A stretch of 64,000 bases of DNA from Salisapilia sapeloensis CBS 127946 (lineage: Eukaryota; Protista; Oomycota): NCBI GenBank assembly GCA_023334545.1, contig JAADVB010000075.1:1-64000 (forward strand). Direction: 5' to 3'. A model generated the notes under the pieces. The model searched no databases. It saw nothing but the letters and a program-made list of their open reading frames with translations, and was not told the origin of the DNA. Shown piece after piece: positions 58,123 to 64,000 of this stretch (the first letter of the stretch is position 1; each line of letters starts with the position of its first letter). A program made the translations under genes and the position numbers.

Positions 58123-58938
58123 ATGAGCTCCCTGCGGATCATGACGTTTAACCTGCGCTTTGACACGCCACAGGATGGACGGAACCAGTGGGGGCATCGA
58201 CGAGAGCACGTGACAGAGGTCATCGAGCGGTATCATCCGCTCTGCTTCGGGACACAGGAGGGACTAGTCAACCAGCTGGAAGATTTGACACGGTCTCTCC
58301 AGCATCCGTACGAGCGATTCGGAGCGCCTCGGGAGCCCAACTCGGAGCATCAGCAGATCTTCTTTGACACAGACTTTCTGGAAAAGATCGATGGGGACAC
58401 CTTCTGGCTGTCGGACACGCCAGAGAAAGCCGGCACCAAAGGCTGGGATGCGAAGCATGTACGAGTCGCGACGTGGTGCCACCTCCGTCTGATCGCCACT
58501 GGACACGAGTTCTTCCTCTGCAACACCCAGCTCGATCATATCGGACAAGTCGCTCGATTGGAAGGAGCCAAGCTCATTGCGTCCAAGATGAACGCGATAG
58601 CAGGAGGGAAGACGCTCTTTATCATCGGAGACTTTAACACGTACCGAGACTCGGACGTCTATCGCTTCTTAACGAAAGACACTACCGGTCCAAAGCTGTT
58701 TGATGCATGGACAGAGACTGATGAGCAGATTGGCGACGTCTCGTGCAGCTTCCACGGATGGGAAGGTGTCGATGGACCGCATGAAAAGGGTGAAAACAAG
58801 GGCGAGCGCCACATTGACTGGATCCTCTTCCGGCCGAAGATGCAGGTGCTGTCGACGGAAGTTATTACAGAGCATAGAGACGGTCGCTATCCGTCGGACC
58901 ACTATCCGATCCAAGCGGAAATCGATCTGGACGAGTAA
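58123..58938 (+). CDS. EEP family hydrolase, soluble tandem paralog, intronless
   Basis: IMTFNL, GTQEG, TFWLS, GDFN, IDWI and YPSDHYP. Colinear with copy 1 but lacking the N-terminal extension. Confidence 0.92.
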   Translation: MSSLRIMTFNLRFDTPQDGRNQWGHRREHVTEVIERYHPLCFGTQEGLVNQLEDLTRSLQHPYERFGAPREPNSEHQQIFFDTDFLEKIDGDTFWLSDTPEKAGTKGWDAKHVRVATWCHLRLIATGHEFFLCNTQLDHIGQVARLEGAKLIASKMNAIAGGKTLFIIGDFNTYRDSDVYRFLTKDTTGPKLFDAWTETDEQIGDVSCSFHGWEGVDGPHEKGENKGERHIDWILFRPKMQVLSTEVITEHRDGRYPSDHYPIQAEIDLDE

Positions 58939-58972
58939 TGTCAATAACAATCAAAGTCACCTTCCTTTCTAT

Positions 58973-60288
58973 TTAGTTTGCATAACACGACCGAGGGTAC
59001 CCGTCGCCATGACGCAGCGTCACACTGTCCAGCGCGACGGTCTCGTGGCCTTTGGTAAAGTCACCAAGGATGCGAATGGACGAGAGGTCCGACAGGACGT
59101 CGACAAATTCACACTGCGTCGGCTTGGTCCACTCCCGAATGACATTCTGAGGGTCTTTTAGCCATCCAGCATGCTCCTGTAGTGGTAGTCGGAACTGCTT
59201 AGTCGATCCGTCAAACGTGTAGTCCAGAGACATCGGTAGTCCAAGCGTGATGCCGAGGTTGTGATTGCACGATGCGCATTCGAGCAGCACTAGGTTCATT
59301 CGTCCGTACTTGTTCAGGTTGGCCATATCAAAGTTTCCTTCTGCAGACGACAGGACAAAGTCTAACGACCCACCGTATGCAGCCCACTGGTGTCCGAGGA
59401 ACTTGCTCGGAGCTGCAAAGTACCACATCATACTGTCATCCCCCGTGTCGACCTGATGGTGAATGAGATCATCCATGGCGTAGATATAGTAGCTCAAGAG
59501 CCCTCCTGCTCGAGACAGAGGCTGATAAGTTGGCACAGAGTTACCATTTCCTACGACTACCCAGTCTTCAATGTTCACATCGAACGGACTGGAGACCAAG
59601 GAGCTTGTCGTTGTGAGTACAATCATGCCTTCATTCGACACATCGCTCTTGGAGTTAGTTGCTGTATACCGGAACTCTGCATACTGCTCTATGTCAGAAA
59701 GCTGATACTATGAGGATATAGCGAAGCTTGGTACTTTGGTGTGAAGCGGATGCGTATCGTACTGCGGTCTCTTGAATATTACTCGACTCTTACTTCCTGT
59801 CACGACCGTCGGAACAGTGGTAATTGGAACTTGCTCTCGCTTCGGTTCATACCTGCGCAGTCCTCATGAGCAATAATACTAGTGCGACAATCTGGGTGAA
59901 AATGTACCCGTGGATACTGTAGACTTGCGAGAGCTGGTATAGCTGTCCATTCTCAGGTAGCGATGTGATTGTGATGAGCAGCTACAGTATCCTCCAAATC
60001 GTTAGGTATGCATTACACTTTACCATGCACGTGATTAGCTACCTTGTCACCTGTTTTGTCGTAAGCTTTCAGCATAACTTCTGTCTCGTGCCCAGGTGCT
60101 GCATGATAGACGAGATTGCGGGCGACGGGGCTATTTAATCAGGCAGATAAGCTTTTACATGGACTAATGGACATCTGAAAGAATTTTACTCACGTGTCTG
60201 CCATTGCCAATGGCATGAAGACAATGGACAGTAGGAGTACTATCCAAAGCGTTCGCATCCGACTTTTTGTTCGCCACCGTGGTGCCAT
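58973..60288 (-). CDS. Secreted protein with an Ig/cadherin-like N-domain and a laminin B (IV type A) domain, multi-exon
   Basis: Signal MRTLWIVLLLSIVFMPLAMA. Exons PVARNLVYHAAPGHETEVMLKAYDKTGDK and ITITSLPENGQLYQL. Laminin-B pattern WYFAAPSKFLGHQWAAYGGSLDF...EFVDVLSDLSSIRILG...VALDSVTL. Confidence 0.7.
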
Positions 60289-60296
60289 TTGACTCT

Positions 60297-62872
60297 TCAG
60301 GTAGATGCTGACGCTTTAGCTCGAGACGAGACACCTTCGTTTCCAGTCATGAAACGGGCGTTGAATTCTGGAACGACCTGATGACGAATTATAAATGCAA
60401 GTGCTTACGTCTAATAGGAAGAAGGTTTATTATCTCTACTCTGCTCCTACTTCTCCAGCGTATTGGCGTAGTTCGGTCAAAACACCAAGAGCATCGTTAT
60501 CAACTGGGTTCTTGTCATTCATTGCGTGGATGCGACCTAGAAGGGTTTCCAGAAGTCGTTCTTGAAAATGTCCATTCACATGCTGGTTGTCTTCTGGTTT
60601 CTCTTGCTGTGTTGTCTCCAAAAACACCTTAAGACCGTCCATCACCTTTGACTCTAGCAGCACTTCATCGCTGATACGCTGCAAGATATAAATGAGAGCT
60701 GTCTCTGTTGGCAGATGACTCGACTGCGTGTTTTGATCGGCTATATCATAAAGATCCGAGAGCCAAAGCTTACCTTGCTTGTCCAGCAGCTCCTGCGTAC
60801 TGCCTACATCCGGCAAAAGGTCTGCGAGTACCTCGAGTACCATCTCGCCACTGCACAATACAAGCATTAGACTATTTTAGTCTAAAAGAAAGCAGCTAGG
60901 AAACGTACTTGGTAGACGTAGTGTCCAAGCTAGACTCGGCATAGATGACCGCTAGGCGGAACATGGTCTCGTACAGCTTGTCCATGGCTGGTAGTCGCCC
61001 GTTCTCCCGATAGTATGCCGCGACAACCTCTACACCTCGCCGCTGCATAATCTGAGCGACTTGCAGTAGCATTGCACTAGCCTCCGCTTGTACGGTCATG
61101 TCCGAGAACCGTTGTACGTGGGGACTAGCAACCGCATCAACTAGGCCCTTGACATGTGGCAAGAGAACTCGATCGAGAGAGCCTCGCATCAAATGCATCA
61201 TCAGTTGCAGCGTACTGCACGTAGCAGTCGGCGTTATCGTAGCCACTGCGTCGTCCTCACCCCGAATACGGGGCAAGAGGATCTTCAAGTATGTGTCTGG
61301 ACTCGTGAATCTTCCCACAAGTTCAGCAGCTTCCTCAATGTCCTTCTGAAGCTCCTTGTCTCCCCACACACGCCGTAAGGATGCGACAATAATGTGTGCA
61401 TCGACTGTCAGCGTTTCTTCGCAGTAGACGAGGATGGTCTTGAGAAGTCGAGCGGCTCGGACTCGTGTCTGGGACTGCCAATTGGTCAGTTCTCTCAGCA
61501 CAGGCTGGAGGAAGCGCCTTGCACGTCCTCTGACGAACAATCTCGTTCCGAGCGACGGGCGCTCGTGGAACGGAGCTGGCAACTGCCCATTGTAATTGTA
61601 GGATGGGTTACGCCCATCAATACCATACTGCTTCATCTCTATGACCTCACTCGCATGCTCCTGCTCATACGTGTTTCCAAGCATTTCTAGCGTCTTCATA
61701 GCTTGGATAGCAATGTATAGGATCTCGTCGCTCACACCACTGAGTAGATAAGGCAAGAGGCGAGACTCGTGGTCGTATCTGTCCGGCAGCGTCGTGATCC
61801 AATCGCCGACCATGGCATAGAACGCCTTTCGGACACTACTGTTTGCGTCCTGGTCTAGTCTGGCAAAGTAGTTGACTCGAGTCTCGCCAACGTAAAAGGC
61901 AGCAATCGGGATGACGTTCTCCTCTCGATGTCCGATGAGCTCCACCAAGGTTTCCGTTCCACTGCCTTTGCATTTCTCGACATTGGGACAGCTGAGGACC
62001 GTCCGAATGCCATTGATAGCGGCCACACGGACTCTGGCGACACGGTGCAGCAAGAGGTGCTTCATGGCTCGGACGATCGCGACGCTAAAGTGCTTCATGA
62101 CCGAGACCATGTGATCACTAATCAAAGCGAGCAAGTGGCAGCTGCGTATATTGACCTCATGATATGGGTCGTGAAGCCCATTGACTAGTACGAGTATCAT
62201 ATCGAAGATGTAGGCATGTAGGATGGAGGAGGCGCTATGCGTAAATACATTTTGCAGGATCGTCTCGATCAACTGAAGGAAGAGGAGTCTAATTTCCTCC
62301 GACGGTTCAGTCGGCTTTCGTCGATCCACTTGTTTTTCATCGACGTAGATTCTTCCTCTCTGGAAAGCTTCCTGCAAATACGCATCTCTTGTGAACTCTT
62401 GCATGTTTCCATCGAACGCATACGGACTCTCGATCCGCGAGACGATGGACGGCATCAAGTAAGGTAGGTAGCGCATGATGTCTTGTTCGTTTTGGAACGA
62501 CAAGATGCACAAACGGATACTCACGTCTCTGACTTTTTCAATCGAGTCGTGGAAGCGTTTGAATAGTAACTTGGCGACGACATCGAAGTCGAAGTGTTGA
62601 TCCGAGGTTTCCACCAGGATATGCCGCTCGAGAGCGACTGCCGCTTTCTTGCGTACGTTTGGACGATCGTGTGCCATGCGATTGACTTCCAGGTGGAAGT
62701 TGCATGCCGTGGACGACGTACCCACCACACACTCCGTCCCATCTGATGTCGGTTGAGTGTAAGTCGTGTCGGACATGGATTTCCGGAGAACGGCGTCAGC
62801 CTTGGCCGCTCGCGGCTGGGTGTCCGCATCCTGTAGCTCTTGCCATAGCTGGTTGATCCTGTCGTTGGCCAT
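60297..62872 (-). CDS. DNAAF5: Dynein axonemal assembly factor 5 (HEATR2)-like HEAT-repeat protein, multi-exon
   Basis: EPSEEIRLLFLQL, DPYHEVNIRSC and HRVARVRVAAI resemble HEATR2. The gene continues through the 60436-60867 exons to a last exon VVPEFNARFMTGNEGVSSRAKASAST with TGA at 60299-60297. Confidence 0.7.
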
Positions 62873-63477
62873 CGAGACCTTATGCTGAGAGTCGTCTACG
62901 CCTGTTCATGTCTGTTGAAACCGTGGAGGCGTCGAATCTATTTCCGGCGTGGTATCTTAGGACGGTCAGACCTTTTGAACGAAAGGAACAAATCTCGATC
63001 ACAATTCGATCAGTCTGTATTTTCATTCGCACCAGCCACCTGTGCCAGCTAGTATCTGCCACTACCACCACTATCATCTATCATGACATCCACGACGGAA
63101 GACGCTCGGTATAGAAATTTCATTCTTTCCACCCTGTCACTAGCTTACTGAAACGTCTCTAGGCCGTGCACGCCTCGCAAGCGTCTGGAAGAAGCGAAGG
63201 AAGTCGACGGCCAATTATCCGCTTCGAGTGTCCTGCGAGATTTCTGCGCCCACTTCGTGTCGGGCGTTCTGGACCAAGGCCTACATAAATTCCAGTAGCA
63301 AATCAAAATAAAATCCAACTTTCCACATGCGCTGGTAATGGCTTCTTCCGTCCTAGTTTGCCAAAGCCGGTTACAAACTCTTCAACAGGTGGCTTTGCAA
63401 CGCACGCATTTCGTCAACTGGACGACGGACTTTGCCCCCGTTTTGACACGCCCTCTATCGCTTTCGAGCGCTCTGAA

Positions 63478-63494
63478 CTCCATTCGCCATTCTT
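63478..63494 (+). promoter_or_regulatory. Oomycete INR/FPR-like core promoter element upstream of myosin
   Basis: CTCCATTCGCCATTCTT about 20-35 nt upstream of the ATG resembles the oomycete YCATTYY-N-CAWTT consensus. Confidence 0.4.
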
Positions 63495-63513
63495 CTTATT
63501 AAGCACCTACGTC

Positions 63514-64000
63514 ATGGAGATCGGAGTCGGCGTATGGGTTCGAAAGACACACGACGCACCTTGGCAGTACGCGACGATCGTCCACCTTTCGGGCGAAAGT
63601 GATGTCAAGAGTGTCCGCTACCGACTTTCGACCGGCCCCGACGCTCGGACGGACGTGACAAGGGACTTGAGTGCGCAGGCAGTCGAAGCAGAGGAGACGG
63701 AGGACTTTTTACTAGCAAATAACAGCGATATGGACCTCGTGGAGGATTTGATCCAGTTACCTCATTTGCATGAGCCTGGGATCTGCCATACACTAAACGC
63801 TCGATTTAAGCTGAACGAGATCTACACGCTCACGGGGGAGATCCTGCTGGCGATTAATCCCTTCAAGAACATTGGCATCTACTCAGACAAGATCATTCGC
63901 AAGTACATTCGGAACGGAGACAAACGGTCTCTCGGCCACGACGTCCAGCCTCTGCCGCCGCATGTCTTCGGGACGGCCGACCAAGCATACAGGGCGCTCA
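63514..64000 (+). CDS. Myosin heavy chain, 5' partial
   Basis: MEIGVGVWVRK...VEDLIQLPHLHEPGICHTLNARFKLNEIYTLTGEILLAINPFK...PPHVFGTADQAYRAL is the start of a myosin motor domain. The frame is open to the window edge. Confidence 0.95.
   Translation, partial: MEIGVGVWVRKTHDAPWQYATIVHLSGESDVKSVRYRLSTGPDARTDVTRDLSAQAVEAEETEDFLLANNSDMDLVEDLIQLPHLHEPGICHTLNARFKLNEIYTLTGEILLAINPFKNIGIYSDKIIRKYIRNGDKRSLGHDVQPLPPHVFGTADQAYRAL

Noticed and set aside
1-64000. CRISPR arrays, rRNA, intact transposons, prokaryotic defence systems, alternative genetic code
   Set aside because: No repeat-spacer arrays or rRNA motifs were seen. All in-frame stops in conserved genes are explained by canonical GT-AG introns under the standard code.

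Overview
Eukaryotic nuclear DNA from a very gene-dense, intron-containing genome. It is most likely a flagellated stramenopile, probably an oomycete. This assignment is inferred from short GTACG...YAG introns, a membrane-anchored GH1, motile-cilium genes and an INR/FPR-like promoter; no database search was run. About 30 protein genes are recognisable by motif: SPO22/ZIP4, ERD2-like receptor, ankyrin-FYVE, HPS3, an MscS-like channel, C9orf85-like, two tandem fatty-acid elongases, sideroflexin, BBOF1, a GPR137/TOM1-like protein, PP2A catalytic subunit, a PPR protein, coronin-7, KNL1/Spc105, GH1 beta-glucosidase, DDX23/Prp28, a divergent VDAC, a Pgl-type lactonase, an LRR protein, an Akr1-type palmitoyltransferase, RsmH/METTL15, GPAT, a C2H2 transcription factor, two tandem EEP hydrolases, a secreted laminin-B-domain protein, DNAAF5 and a partial myosin. 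Many intergenic gaps are only 8-150 bp, and one predicted pair of CDSs overlaps. The main unexplained structure is a 6.9-kb gene-free interval (50057-56993). It contains a V-shaped GC trough falling to about 13-22% GC, with an A/T strand-skew switch near its centre, and is a candidate compact regional centromere or origin, or a decayed insert. No rRNA, tRNA, CRISPR array or intact transposon was found. Coordinates of spliced genes are whole-gene spans from manual splice prediction and are approximate. I cannot confirm that anything here is a previously undescribed system.
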